Shown one piece after another: positions 12,901 through 25,540 of a stretch of DNA of 64,000 nucleotides. Source of the stretch: Vicugna vicugna (taxonomy: Eukaryota); NCBI GenBank assembly GCA_013265495.1, contig MU058844.1:10376184-10440183 (forward strand). The letters are read 5' to 3'. A program made the translations under genes and the position numbers. The notes beneath the pieces were generated by a model, which was not told the origin of the DNA, searched no databases, and was given only the letters and a program-made list of their open reading frames with translations. The number at the start of each line of letters is the position of its first letter. Within the stretch, counting starts at the first letter, position 1.

Positions 12901-14659
12901 TATTAATACTAAGAGAACTGGTCTAAGAGATGGAGTGATAAATTATGTGTCATAAGTGTTATCCTAGTTCATTCAAAGTCTATTGTTTTCAAGTTAATAT
13001 TGTATATTTAGGACCTTATATTTTTTGTCGGCCCCTCTCCCCTTCTTAGAGACCCAGGACTCTATTTATAATGTCCTAGGAATTAAAGAGACTATATTTA
13101 CTGGGTGATTTCCTTGAACCAAGGAAATTCTTATTAACTGCCAGTTCTTATGAACAACTCAAAAACATATGCTGTTATTACTGGTTTTATAGTAACAAAA
13201 GCCGAGTTTCAGAGAATTTAAACAACATGCCCAAGATCGCTCAGCTATTTATATTTTGTATTCAGGCACATGATATCCTCTTTCCACATCCTGCAGTCCC
13301 TCCAAGAGAAAATCCTCTGGTAAGTTACAAAGCATATTCATGTGAATCTGTTTAATGCCCAGCCCTCCCTCTCCCCCCTTAAAACTCAGAAAACAAAGTA
13401 ATGAATCATTAATGAGGAGTTTCAGGTGGCGCACCCAGGTTGGTAGCAGCTAGGCTCAGCCTTTTAAACCGATTCCCAAGGAAAGCCTTTAATTTTCTAA
13501 AGATTTTTCCAGAGCTCTCTCTGGGTTATCCACATGTTCACCCCAGCAACCAGACCAAAGACCAGAACTGAGTGACTTTCCCCTCTGATAAATAAATCCC
13601 TTGTGAAACACGTTCTCCTTTTCTCATTCCTGTGCAGGCACACGCTGACTGCTCACCCACCAGGTGCCACCTGGGCAAGACAGGTACTAAGTAGGAAGAA
13701 AGATTTATGTTAGGTAAGAATGTGACTCAGGGCTCGCCTACTTCTTACAAAATGGTAACCTGGCATTTGTACCCTCTGACAATGATGTGCCCTGGCATTG
13801 CTTGGATACCTTGAGATCTATCTCCTCAGATGCCTGACGGTGGCTGTCCATCCAGCCCTGATCCAGAAATCTGAGATGACTTGTATCTGAAGATAAGATT
13901 TACCCTATGGCATGTTAAAGATAGAAAAATTGCGACAATCATCGCTGAGCTCACATCAAATCAGCGTCTGTGCAGCTTTAGGACTTTGGTAGGGACCTTT
14001 GCTGCTACCACTATCTGTAAAGAGGAGGTGTCGAGACAGAGTTAAGAGGAAACTCCAAATACGACTGGGATCGCCCATTGTCAAAGCGAGTTTTACATTT
14101 TCTCCTGCGAGCCTAAGAAATAGTAAAGCCTTGACTATTCACTGACAATTAAGCCCCTCCTTTCAGCCGACCATTTCACCTGAGACCAACAGACTCATAA
14201 GGAGGGTCCTGGGTTTCAGTTCTTTCTAGTTTTCTGCCTGCTACCCTAGAGCATCTGAAAAGGGGGCAGCGACGAGGGAAAGTGACGCGCGAGTGTTTTC
14301 CCATCTTGGCTAGTCAGGCCCTGAATCATCACCAGTCGATTGCACTTTCCCCCTCAGCCAGCAGCACTCGAGGTTTTCCCTGGAAGAATATGTCTTGTAC
14401 TTAAAAGGAAGAGTGGTGGGAGCCTGGGGAGGCGGAGAAGAGGCGCGGGGAGAAGGGCGTGGAGGGCCGTTCCCGCCCCGGAGTCGGAGGCGCCGAGAGG
14501 CCGGACGCCGCGAGGCTGCGAGCCCAGGAACGTGCGGTCCCATCGGCGGGCGCGGGGCCGGCAGCGGCGGCGGGCCGGACGCGGCGCCGCGCACCTGAGC
14601 GCCGGGGGCGGGGCGTCGGCGGGCGCAGCCCCCCCGCCGCGCGCCGCGCCCCTCGCGCG

Positions 14660-14854
14660 CCGTCTCGGTCCTTTCCGCCCGCGCTTCGGCGCCGCTCGGC
14701 TCCCCTCCCTCTCCTCTCTCTTTCCCTCCCTCCCAGCCGGGGAGAGCCGCGGGCTCGGGACGGCGAGTTGGCCTCGGCTCTTTCCGCGCGGGCGCTGCGG
14801 CTCACCTGGGCGCCCGCTCCCAGCCCCGCTCCTCGTCTCCTCAACTCCTCTCAG
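14660..14854 (+). other. PAWR: Putative non-coding exon 1 of PAWR (start approximate)
   Basis: Consensus donor CAG|GTAAGG at 14854/14855, downstream of a GC box in the CpG island. The TSS cannot be fixed from sequence alone. Confidence 0.7.
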
Positions 14855-15352
14855 GTAAGGGGCCGCCCGCGCTCCACGCGCGCACCCGTCCCTCCCGGAC
14901 TTGGCTGGACAGCTGGGTCGGGACGCGTCCCACCTCTCCGCGAGCCGGTGAGGGGGCTCCGCGCCTCGCCCGGGGAATGAGGGTGTCGGTGGCGGGGGCC
15001 CCGCACCGGAGCGAGGGGCCGGAGATGCGACGGGCCAACAGGTGGCGGGGTCGGGCCCGGGCCCCTCGACCGCCGCCGGGGCGGACTCCGGCGGGGATGG
15101 GGCGGGCGGGCCGGGGGTGGGGACAGCGCCTCTCTCCTCCCCTCGGGGGCGGCGATCGTCCGGACCCGCCGTGTAGGTGCGTCGGAGAAACTTTGCAGGG
15201 TGGGGACGCGGCGGCTCCTCGCCGGCGGCGCTGAGTGGGCGCGCTCTCCGGGCGTGGGGGGCGCTCTGAGGGGCGCGGCCGCGGGGCAGACCCTCAGGCC
15301 GGGCGAGGACCTGACGCTTCCCTTCCCCGCCCCCTTTTGTGTTTCCCCGCAG

Positions 15353-16014
15353 ACCGGCCGGTCCCTGGGGGAGCCGCGGCCACCCCCGCGCCCGGGGGTC
15401 GTTCCCTCGCCTCCTCCGGGCGGCGGGAAGGCAGCGGCGGCGGCCGGAGCTGGGGCGGGCGGCCTGAGGTGAGAGCCCGGCCGGCTGGCCCCGCTGGGAA
15501 TATGGCGACCGGTGGCTACCGGACCGGCGGCGGCGGCGGCGGCAGCACCACAGACTTCCTGGAGGAGTGGAAGGCGAAGCGCGAGAAGATGCGCGCCAAG
15601 CAGAACCCCCCCGCGCCCGGCGGGGGCACCGGCGACGCGGCCGGGAAGCTCCCTCCGGGGTCTCTGGGCACCTCAGCCGCCGCGGCGGCCAACGAGCTCA
15701 ACAACAACCTCCCGGGCGGCGCCGCCGCACCTGCCGCCCCCAGTCCGGGGGGCGTGAACTGCGCGGTGGGCCCCGCGCCGCTGAGCCGCGCGGCCCCGGG
15801 CTCCCGGCGGCCCGAGGACGAGTCCCCCGCCGCCCCCACCGCCGCCGCTTCGGGGGCAGCGCCGGCCCGGGGCGACGAGGAGGAGCGGGACGGCGCCCCG
15901 GAGAAGGGCAAGAGCTCGGGCCCCAGCGCCAGGAAGGGCAAGGGACAGATCGAGAAGAGGAAGCTGCGGGAGAAGCGGCGCTCCACCGGCGTGGTCAACA
16001 TCCCAGCCGCAGAG
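15353..16014 (+). other. PAWR: PAWR exon 2 (149 nt 5'UTR plus 513 nt coding)
   Basis: Branch-point-like CTGAC at 15311-15315, pyrimidine tract, CGCAG acceptor ending at 15352, donor GT at 15015+1000 = 16015. Confidence 0.85.
15502..16014 (+). CDS. PAWR: PRKC apoptosis WT1 regulator (Par-4), first coding exon, codons 1-171; partial CDS continuing outside the window
   Basis: Translation MATGGYRT...TTDFLEEWKAKREKMRAKQ...ELNNNL...RKGKGQIEKRKLREKRRSTGVVNIPAAE matches the Par-4 N-terminus. Strong Kozak context (aatATGg). Phase-0 donor GAG|GTGAGC at 16014/16015. Confidence 0.97.
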
Positions 16015-16467
16015 GTGAGCCTGGCTGGGGCCGCAGCCGGACCCTGGAGGGCTGCCGCCTCCCTGGGTCTTCCCCCCGGGGCGCAGAGCTTTCCCACTCG
16101 AGCTCGTACTGCTTTCCCTTTCCCTGCGCTGGGCAGGCAGAGGGTGATGAAGTTTTACTCGGAACAACTGCTTCCTGGGAAGTTCCCCAAACCCAGAGTA
16201 GGACACGTGCTTTTCAGGCTTCCTGGCTGGGATCTCAGACCCAGGATCCTTTTCAGTGCTGGAAATACAACTCGGGGTTCCAGAACTTGCTCCCCTGGAC
16301 TGGTTTGTTTATGCTTGATCAGTTAGAGAAATTGATTAATGGTGATGACGACATACTGTTTAGTTTCCCACGTGTGTCCTTCTCAAGTTATCAGATAGTT
16401 TATCTCTTCTCTCTGAACAGTGTTTAATAGCACCTGTAAAGAAAACGTGGCCTTAGCACAGTCCGAG

Positions 16468-16505
16468 AATGAACCCAAGATAAGTTCAATGAACCCAAGA
16501 TAAGT
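16468..16505. repeat. Direct duplication of 18 bp (period 20)
   Basis: aatgaacccaagataagt at 16468-16485 and 16488-16505. Confidence 0.95.
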
Positions 16506-16959
16506 ATATCCAAATGAGCACTATTTCATATATAAACCTGCTTTTGGAAATAGTGCCCCCCCACCCGTTTTTTCTGAGTGATATTCAGCACAGTAGGAAC
16601 ACTGTATCAACTCGCAATACTTTTTGCTAAGACGATCTCTCTTTGTATTTAAGTATTTGACTCTGTGTATCCTGGGAAACATTTCTGGTACGGTTGGTTT
16701 TTTGTTTTGTTTGCTTGTTGTTTGTTTCTGGTATTTTTGAGCAGTCTGAAAAACATTCCTGCGACAGCAGCAGCAGCATCTTCCCAGTAGTGTGACTGGT
16801 GAAACATTTTTTACTTGGGGTACCTCTTTCTACCCTCAACAAAACGAAACAATCCTTAACAAGTTTTGGTTACTTTAATAGTAACTGACCGGTGGGGAAG
16901 TAATTCAACAACCTTGTTTCACTCAAAGTAGGTTGCATCTTTTTCTCATTGGCTCTAGG

Positions 16960-17018
16960 TTTTGTCTTTTCTTTCTTTCCTTTTTTTTTTTTTTTTTTTT
17001 TTTATTTTTTTTTTTTTT
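16960..17018. repeat. Long poly-T / pyrimidine tract
   Basis: About 38 nearly pure T preceded by (ctttt)-like units. Confidence 0.9.
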
Positions 17019-19107
17019 GCCTCCTGGCTTTCTAGTTTATTCAACTTTGACATAGTAGATAAATAGGTAGAATTTACAAACTTTAATCGTGGTTCAAATA
17101 AAAGCATTTGCAGTAAGTTAGGGTGTATATCAAACATACCCACATTTTTAAGGTTTAATACTGTTTCCATACCTAAAAAAATCAGAGTTTGCCTTTGAAG
17201 GGTGTATTTTTATGAGTGTTTCAGAGAGATTTTTATCAGCCAGCAAAACTGTCCTCTGTGGTTTGCTACTTGCACAAAAGATCTGTTATTCATTAAATTG
17301 CTTTAAAAGGAATTCATAAGAGTGGTAATCAAATTTCTAGGGTTTTTTTTTTAAGTTAAAAATATGAAGATTAAGGGGAAATTGAAGACAAGGCTTTGGA
17401 AAAGCTACATTCCTCAACTTTATTTTTTAAAGTAGCTGATGGTCCAAATAAAAGAATTTGTCATTTCCAATCTTTTCCTCATTGTTCATATGACAGGGGT
17501 CTTATTTTGGAAAATATCTTGGCAGATGTTAAACTTCATTTTTTTGTCTGGCTACTTGTGCTAAAATAGTTATTCTCAAATATCTTTTTTTGTTTTTGTT
17601 TTTTTTTTAACAAGGGTAGTGTTTACTGGGAGGAATAAGCACGGTAAATCTTTTGAGAGCCTAAGAAACATCCTTTGTTAATATTTTCTGCTTTGGGTAA
17701 GGGAACATAGTGCTGAGAATGTAGATGACTCCCCACTACAATTGAGTCTAATACTCTGGAATGTTTTTCGTTTGGGTGTTGGCAACTCCTAAATTTAATC
17801 TTCCTGAAAAACAAACAACCCAGGGTACCATTTCTTGCCTGTGGAACCTAACCTTTTTTATTGAGTTGGGAATTGAGTACTTTTTGTGCTAACTGTGGAT
17901 CTATCTGTTTCATGCTGTAGGACCCAGCAAAACATGGTAATGTTTTACCACAGTGTCTGATTAGCTGACATACTTCTTCAGTGCCTCCTCCCCATATTTT
18001 CACTTTTTAAAAAAAAGTTAAGTCTTTCATATTATGTTGATAGTGGTAAAACATGTGACACAAAACTTTAAAAGTGAATCATTTTCATATCTTTAGGTTG
18101 TCAGCTTTTTTAGAATTGTGTGCTATTCATTTCGCTTAGTAGTTTCAACATTGAGAAAGCCAGTTGCTGTGGAGCTCTTGTGTAATACAGCCTACCACGC
18201 CGATTTTGAAAAGTCATATAATATTTTACAAAATTATCAGGTGTAAAAATACTATAAAAGCAAAAAATCACCCGTCAATATTGTATTGTATTATATACAG
18301 TATTGGGTAAGACTTTCTTGTTTTCAGACAGTATTCCCAACCATTAGTAAATTAACTTGCATGCAAAGGGCCAGTTTTATTGGTTGATAAAAAGTTCCTT
18401 TGGGAGGTGTTTATTAAGCATCTGTTTGATGCATTGTGACTTTCATTAACTTATTTTACTAATTACTGAGTGTTATAAAGTTGTTATAAAGGAACCTGAC
18501 CGCAGCTAAAGCCACCACAAGCAACTAGGAGATGGTTTTAGTAAGGATGCAGTCCAAAAGCTGAAAATGGTTGATGATGGTAGGGCGTGTGATGGCTGTA
18601 ATAAGAGTGAATATACAGTTGCTCATTAATGAAAACTTCAGTTATTCTCATTTACTAAGATTTTCTTTTTACCCTAAGTTTTTACTTTTTCTATTTTTGG
18701 GGGTAGAAGCCCAAATTGGATAATTTGAATGTGACATACATCGTGCCAGTAATTTTTGTATACATTCATTAGATCAGCCAAATGTTCATTACATGTCTGT
18801 TCAAGGGCACTATCGTAAGCACTGTGGAGAAAACAGGAATAGTGTATTTTCAAGGCGCAAGACTGTAATCTGGGAGGAAGACTAAGGCATAATTACATGA
18901 GGGACTTAAGTACTGAGTTAACAGTTTAAAAGCCATCTTAATGCGGTATGTAACTAATTGTTTATTAAAAATATGTGTTTAAAGGGAAGAGATGATGGAG
19001 CTGAGAGAAGCTATTGAAGTTGAGGGTCTTGAGCTAAGACTTAAGTTTCTTTATGTATTTATGCATATATTAACACATAAATTCACATATTTTAAATGTC
19101 AGAGTGT

Positions 19108-19300
19108 AGTGGGTTCTTAACTGTGGCAGCACATTAACATCATGTGAGGATATTAAAAAAAAATGGTCCCTCATACTGATGACTTGTCTTCTCCCTCCCT
19201 GATGCCCTTAGATTTAGTGGGTCTGGGATGGATCCCAGGCATTAATATTTTGTTAAGCTTCCCATGTGATTCATTTGTGAGTCAGGTTTAAGAACTAATG
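19108..19300. mobile_element. MER5-like hAT MITE
   Basis: gttcttaactgtggcagcacatt...gtgggtctgggatgg...ttcccatgtgattc...gtttaagaact. Confidence 0.7.
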
Positions 19301-22300
19301 GGTTACAGTCTGGGGACACAGAAATAGATAGAACACAGGCCTTGCACACAAGGGTCTCTCACGTAATATTAGGAAACTGTGTTAAGTAGTACAGTGTGAA
19401 GTACAGGCTCTTTCCTGAGCAGGGTCCCTAACTCAAGAGGAGGGGAATAGTTGAGGAAGGCTTCCTAGATAGTTACACCCCCATTTTCCAAGTGCTTGTG
19501 AAGTTACTGCCATTGAGTAGGTTTGCATGAATGGGTTAACAGAGATGTTTTTCGTAGAAAATATAATCTTTCAATAGATAGAGGTCAAATGACACTAAAG
19601 TATTGATTCAAATATAAAAGTTAACATATTTAAACTTACTGTTTCCATAGTGGTTGGCTAAAGTGCTGTATGTATTATCTTAATGTTCACAGCAATCCCA
19701 TATGGTAGTTGTAGTTACTCTTTTTATCTCCATTTCCAGAGGAGAAAATGGAGGCTTACATTTAAAAGGCTCAAGATCACATGGAAAGTGAATAAGTGGC
19801 ACAGCAGTAATTTAAAGGTTTTTGTGTTTTGTTTTTTTTTTTGTATTTGTGTGTCTAGGGAAAGGAGGGTTTTTAAGAATTAGTGTATCTTACTTTATTT
19901 GGCTTATTTCTCTAGATTTTTTCAATAACTTTTTATTAGAGGTTATCTTAAATAATTTAAACATCTGAATGGGGAAAATAGTCAAAGTATGGAATTGAAT
20001 AGAAATTAAGGTCAAATTTGTAAGCTCAGAGATTGCTTCTGACCGTCTGATCTGTAGTTTGCTTGGCAAAGTTTTGAACACCAGGTCATAGCAAAAATAA
20101 GTCTGCTTTTGGCTAGCAGTCAGAAAATGTGAATCTTTGATTTTGCTCAAGTGATATGTTATTTTTCTGTCAAGATCGGGTTATTAACACCTACTCCATA
20201 GTTTGAAGGAGCACTTGATATATAGAAACACTTTTAAGTGAACACAATTCAACTCATAATTATTTGGTAAATTTATTTACCATTATACAGGACAAGTTCC
20301 ACTTAGTAAATCTTATAAATCCAGGTAGATTAAGAAATGCCTTTTGGTATGCCCATTATATTCCAGACTGTCTACCTTTCTATGTGATGAGTCAGGAGAA
20401 GAACTAATAGTGATTCAGAGTTGGAGAAAATTGGACGTGTGTATAGGGTAGATACAGCATAAACACTGAGGCTCCTTCCTAAGGTATCAAGCCCTACTTT
20501 CCTAAATGTTTGCACTCCTTGATAAAGTAAATGAACATTTTAATATTATCAGGATTTGTAATGAATTTTCTAAGGTGAGATGCCTTTTTCCATAAAAATA
20601 ATAATTATGTAATTAAGGTAGGTGATATTTATGGTTTGTTTATTAAGTGCCAGCCACTGATCTAAGTGCTTTACCTGTATTGGTGCATTTAACTCTCACT
20701 ACAACCTTATGGGAAAATGGAGCAGAGAAGGTAAGTTACTTACTTGCCTGAGGTCATATGTGTGGTAAGAAACAGAGTAGAGATAAGTCTATCTTCAAAG
20801 CCTTGTGCTTAATAACCATCTTCTTATATTTCAGTGTATCGCATACTATATACCTAGGTTAAGAAATGCCAAGATTATTTTCTAAGAATTTCATTACTCT
20901 AGAATTTGAAAATAGTCCTATTATAAAAGGCAGATGAAGTGGGACTTTGTTGGAAAATTTTGAGAGCAAATAAATATATAAACAGTGGCATTAAAATTCT
21001 TAAAATCTTTATGAAGCTAGTGACCCCATTTATGCTCTTTATTATTTCTACACTGGTTTTTAGCACCTGTGACATAGGCCAGAACACAATTACGCTGTTT
21101 AACAGTAATGCTGTTATAGTATGTTAGAAGTTTAAAATTACTGGAAAATATTAGAGTTTGAAATTTTCTAAGTGTTTTTTTCTTTTTAAAGAATGAGATA
21201 TAATTTCCTTACCATAAAATTCACCCTTTTAAAGTGTACAGTTCATTGGTTTTTAATATATTCACAAAGTTGTACCCTAAGTGCTTTTACATTTTCATCT
21301 TAATTTTTTATCATGTTCCTAAAACCTGTGGTACCTAAATTTTTCCCCTACTCAGTAAATTACAGCAGTATTCAAACCATGAGTAGTTATTAAATTAATA
21401 TAATTTAATATCCGCTTTCCCTGCATTTCACAGAGAAAAATGGCAGAATCGCCCCAGTTTTAAGTTTCTTAAAATTTAGACATCTACTACCATTTATTTT
21501 TACTGGAGTTTAGTATAAGAGGTATTTAATTTAACTGAATATAGGATTTTCAACTTATTTAAAATTTGACAAATCTTTCATGGAGATCTGCAAAGCTCTA
21601 TAATCTAAACATTGGGAAACTTTGATTCAGAGTAAAAATGGAATTTTAGACCATTAATGGCTTAACTCATGTTACTTAAATTAGGGTCTTAAAACATCCG
21701 GCTATGTGTGTGTGGGAGGGAAGGACCACCTGTACCAGTATCAACTGTGGTTGCTTATTGTGGATTTCTGGGACCCCCCTCAGTCTAGGAGTGGGGAGGG
21801 GTTACGTGGAACTGCATTCTAACATGTTCCTAAGTGATTCTTGTGTACACTGAAGTTTGAGAAGAACTGACTTAAATGCCTTGTACTGGTTATTGATCTA
21901 TGAAATGAAATTGATACTGATTATTTAATTCATATAACAATCTTATTAGAGAACGTTTGTGAAAATGTTCTAAGAATGACCAAATGACAAATTATAGCTA
22001 TTGTATAGGTTACATTGATAGCTGGTTGATGTCTAATGGAAATTTCTTACTGGGATGTTAATCATTCTCATTTTTCCCTTTTAATTAAGAGCTTTATAGA
22101 TATTTTAAGAGTCAGATGGAGCTACTTGGAAATTCAAATCACCTTAAACATTTATGTAATGTCATATATTTAGTGCAGAATGTTGTGTCTGCCTTGTTTC
22201 TTGTACAGAATTTATTAGAAGCCTAGACTACAGAAAAAACTTCTAACACTTAATGGGCGATTTGAACTTCAACTCATTTTTCTTTGTTGTATTCTTTAAG

Positions 22301-23585
22301 GAGAAGTGTATAATTATGTGTATAAATGTGTTTAATGATTAGTTCAAATTATTAAATTTAATCTTAAGATAGGTTTTTTTCTTCTTATCCAAATGTTCTC
22401 AAGACTCCCTTTTGTTCACTGCTCTCTCATTAAACCTGCAGATATCCTTGGCCAGCCAATTGATTCTTAATGTATTTGGTTATTGCTGAAGCAGCTTTAA
22501 GTCTTAGACGTTTTTGTTTACAGCTGTATACATACTGGTGTTAGGATTGAGTCTCAGCCATTTATTACATTCTCCTCAGGTTACTTAAAAAATGCTATGT
22601 CTGACTGAAATGGTAAGAATATTTAAGTTCTAAAAGCAGCAGAATTATATGCTTCAAAGGTAGAATCAGCTTCAGTGAGTTCAAAACTTAGCATGTATAT
22701 TAGCATTTATTCTATGATAGTCTTTAGAAATTTTCTTCACCAGATTTTTACCTGTTACAGTGTGGTTTTCAGTAATAGTTTTCATTTGTTGTATAAGTTG
22801 AATTTAAAGAAAAAGGGCCATTATATTCTGAAAGTGAGCATGTTTTAGGGGTTTTGGGAAATGAATAGATAGGAGAGTTTATGTTGTAGATTACGATTCT
22901 ATGACAGTTAAAGATTTGTTTACAGGTTCTTTTTATAAATTGTAAAAATAGTAAAATATAGTTTGTGGTACAGATGAAAGCATGTAATAAAATTAATTTT
23001 AAAAGTTACTAATACTCAGCTTATCTATGGACCATACAAGTGAACTACTTAATCTTACTTCTTTGAGAAATTTTCAAGTTATATAAAATATGAAATGATT
23101 TTCTATTACTTTTGGAATTCCTTGCAGACTATTTTTAGTAGTATTTTAAAAAGAATGGAAATCTAAGTTATGAAGAACAACATTAACATTCCAAAGATGG
23201 TACTTGAGGAATAAGAATAAAAATTGTTTTAGCTGAAATAGTTAAAGAAGTTAATTTAGGTTTCAAATTCTTGACAAGGCTTCTTGATATTCTATAATGC
23301 AAGCAAAAGTTGATCCAAAACCACATTCATGTAATCTTAATTTTTTTCTACTGGTGAAAGTAATGTGTTTAAAAAAAAAAGTTACGTGTTCATTGTATTT
23401 CCCTTGTGGAAATTCAAGAAAAGATAGAGAAACGTATCACCTGTTATCTTATACATACTAGCATTTGTTTCTAATCCTTTTTCTGTGTATTGACATAAAA
23501 AGGGAACCACACTATACAGATTTATGTGTATTTGGTAGTTTATTATGAGCATTTTTATAGTGTTATTCTTCAAAAACAGGGATGG

Positions 23586-23811
23586 ATTTTTTTTTATTGT
23601 GGTAAAATACCCATACATAAAATCTTAACCATGTTTAAGTGTACATTCAGTGGTGTTAAATACATTCCCACTGTCGTGCAGCCATCACCACCACTGTCCA
23701 TCCCTGTAACTTCTTTCATCTTGTAAAACTGAAACTCTATACCTATTAAACAGTAAGTCCCATTCTACCCTCCTTCCAGCTCCTAACAGGCACCATTGTA
23801 CTTTCTGTCTT
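23586..23811 (-). mobile_element. L1MB-like 3' end
   Basis: ttattgtggtaaaatac...aagtgtacattcagtgg...ggcaccattgtactttctgtct. Confidence 0.75.
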
Positions 23812-24169
23812 CAAGGGTAGATTTATTGTATTATTTGATGCTAAAATATTTAAACATTATTTCATTGGGAAAGGACCCTACTTCTAAACAGCTGTTTATT
23901 TCTTTTCATATATTATGTTTCCTGAAACATTCTTCAAGGAAAGTGGATCAGACTGCCTCATAAATAGTAGGACCTTCAGATAATTGTGAAGAAGGCCCAG
24001 AGATTTTTTTCTTTTACCTTATCTATTACTTTCGATTTTGATGGGAAATTGGTGATTATAGTGGCAGTAATTATAAGGGTGTGTAAGCTATAACTCAGCC
24101 TACAAGTTCATGAAACTCAACATGATATACAAAATCACATGATAAAAACCACAGGGCATATGGAAAAAT

Positions 24170-24630
24170 GGAGTTTTAGGGGCATAGCACTCGAAAACTT
24201 TTGTCAGTGACATGTAAAAAGAAATCTAATAAAGACTAGCACAGTTTTATCCATGTTAAATGGTTAAGCAGTATGTAAGTACGGCAGTAAATATGACACA
24301 TTACTTTGAAAAAGACCTGAAGTTTGCTCATAGAATTGGGCATCAAGAGGGTTGCAACTTGTGAGGTGGTGTAAGAAGGGTTATCTGAAATTGGACTGGA
24401 AATGTAGCACCAGATATGAATGGGCGTGGCTCATAGCACATGCAGATGTTTGTGGCGTGTGCATTTTGTGTGTTTCTGTATGTCTGGGTTGTATTTTCTG
24501 CGCTCATCTAGTGTTTCATGCAGTTGCGCAGAAGCAAATGCGAAATTTGTGTTAGGCTCAGCTTGCTCCCTAACATATTAGTTGCTTCGGAACAAATCCA
24601 ATTTTCTCAACAAATGTTATAGTGTGTATG
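24170..24630. mobile_element. Old DNA-transposon remnant (Tigger-like)
   Basis: gcaaatgcgaaatttgtgtta...aacaaatgttatag resembles an ancient Tigger terminus; recalled, not verified. Confidence 0.4.
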
Positions 24631-25540
24631 TACACACCCATACATACACATCTGCCTATATATCCACATCTATATGCATGTCCACATCCATGTATCCAAA
24701 ACAGGTCAAACAGTGCCATGAGAAGATCTTCCAAGTAGTGAGGTGGAGAAAGGTCTAGGGAGCAGACAGTGCCTAGAGCTGAGAACACTCATCTAAGAGT
24801 ATACTAATACTGATTGCTAGGGCAATGGTGGGAGAAAAGGAGTGGATGGATTTGAGAGGAATTTCATTGGTATTAGAAAATTACATAACTGGATGTTTTG
24901 AGCTGTAAAAGTCTTAAAAGACCATCTAGTCTGCTATAAAAAAGTATTAATTTTTCCCAGAGTACTTTTATCTCAAAACTTATGTTGTATTTCAGCCTCA
25001 ACCTTCTTACCTCTAGCTGAGTGTAACAGTTCTCCCCCCCCAACCCCACCCTGCACCCCATCCCTGCCCCAGGGCTAACTCTACCCTGATTCCTTCCTAT
25101 CTAGAATCTTGCTTGCGTATTTTATTCCTCCTTTTGTAAATACTTGGCCTTTTTTTCTTGGTTCACCCTGCCATGAAGGAATGTTCCCTAAACTGCTTCA
25201 CCTTCAGTTTAGTTTTCTTTCCTAATGACTCAATTTAAAGGCACTGTTTTCGTCTGCTAACTCCCATTTCACTGCTCAGTTTCCACTACTTTATTAAAAT
25301 TGATCTTTTCAAGGTTGCTTATGACCTCATAATTGCCAAATGTGGCAACTTTTCTATTTTTGTCCTATCTGACCTCTCTGTAGTATTTGCCCTTGTCACT
25401 TTCCCTTGAATGTTTTTTAGTTGATTTACTCAGAAACATTTCAGTGACATCTGTGTGCCCCAGGTCCAGTGCTAGGTGATACAGTGAGTTACATATCACT
25501 AGTTTTCAAGGAACTTCCAGCCTTCTTTCTGGGAAAAAGA

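Larger units (their letters stand above)
14430..16110. promoter_or_regulatory. CpG island / TATA-less promoter of PAWR
   Basis: Abrupt shift to very high GC and dense CpG against CpG-depleted flanks. Sp/KLF GC box GGGGCGGGGC at 14605-14614. Confidence 0.93.

Noticed and set aside
15235..16326. 363-aa ORF as a complete single-exon protein
   Set aside because: It starts at a non-ATG codon inside intron 1 and runs past the donor; only 15502-16014 matches Par-4.
14310..16427. Many long overlapping Arg/Pro/Gly/Ala-rich ORFs on both strands
   Set aside because: Expected from stop-codon depletion in a CpG island; no recognisable domains.
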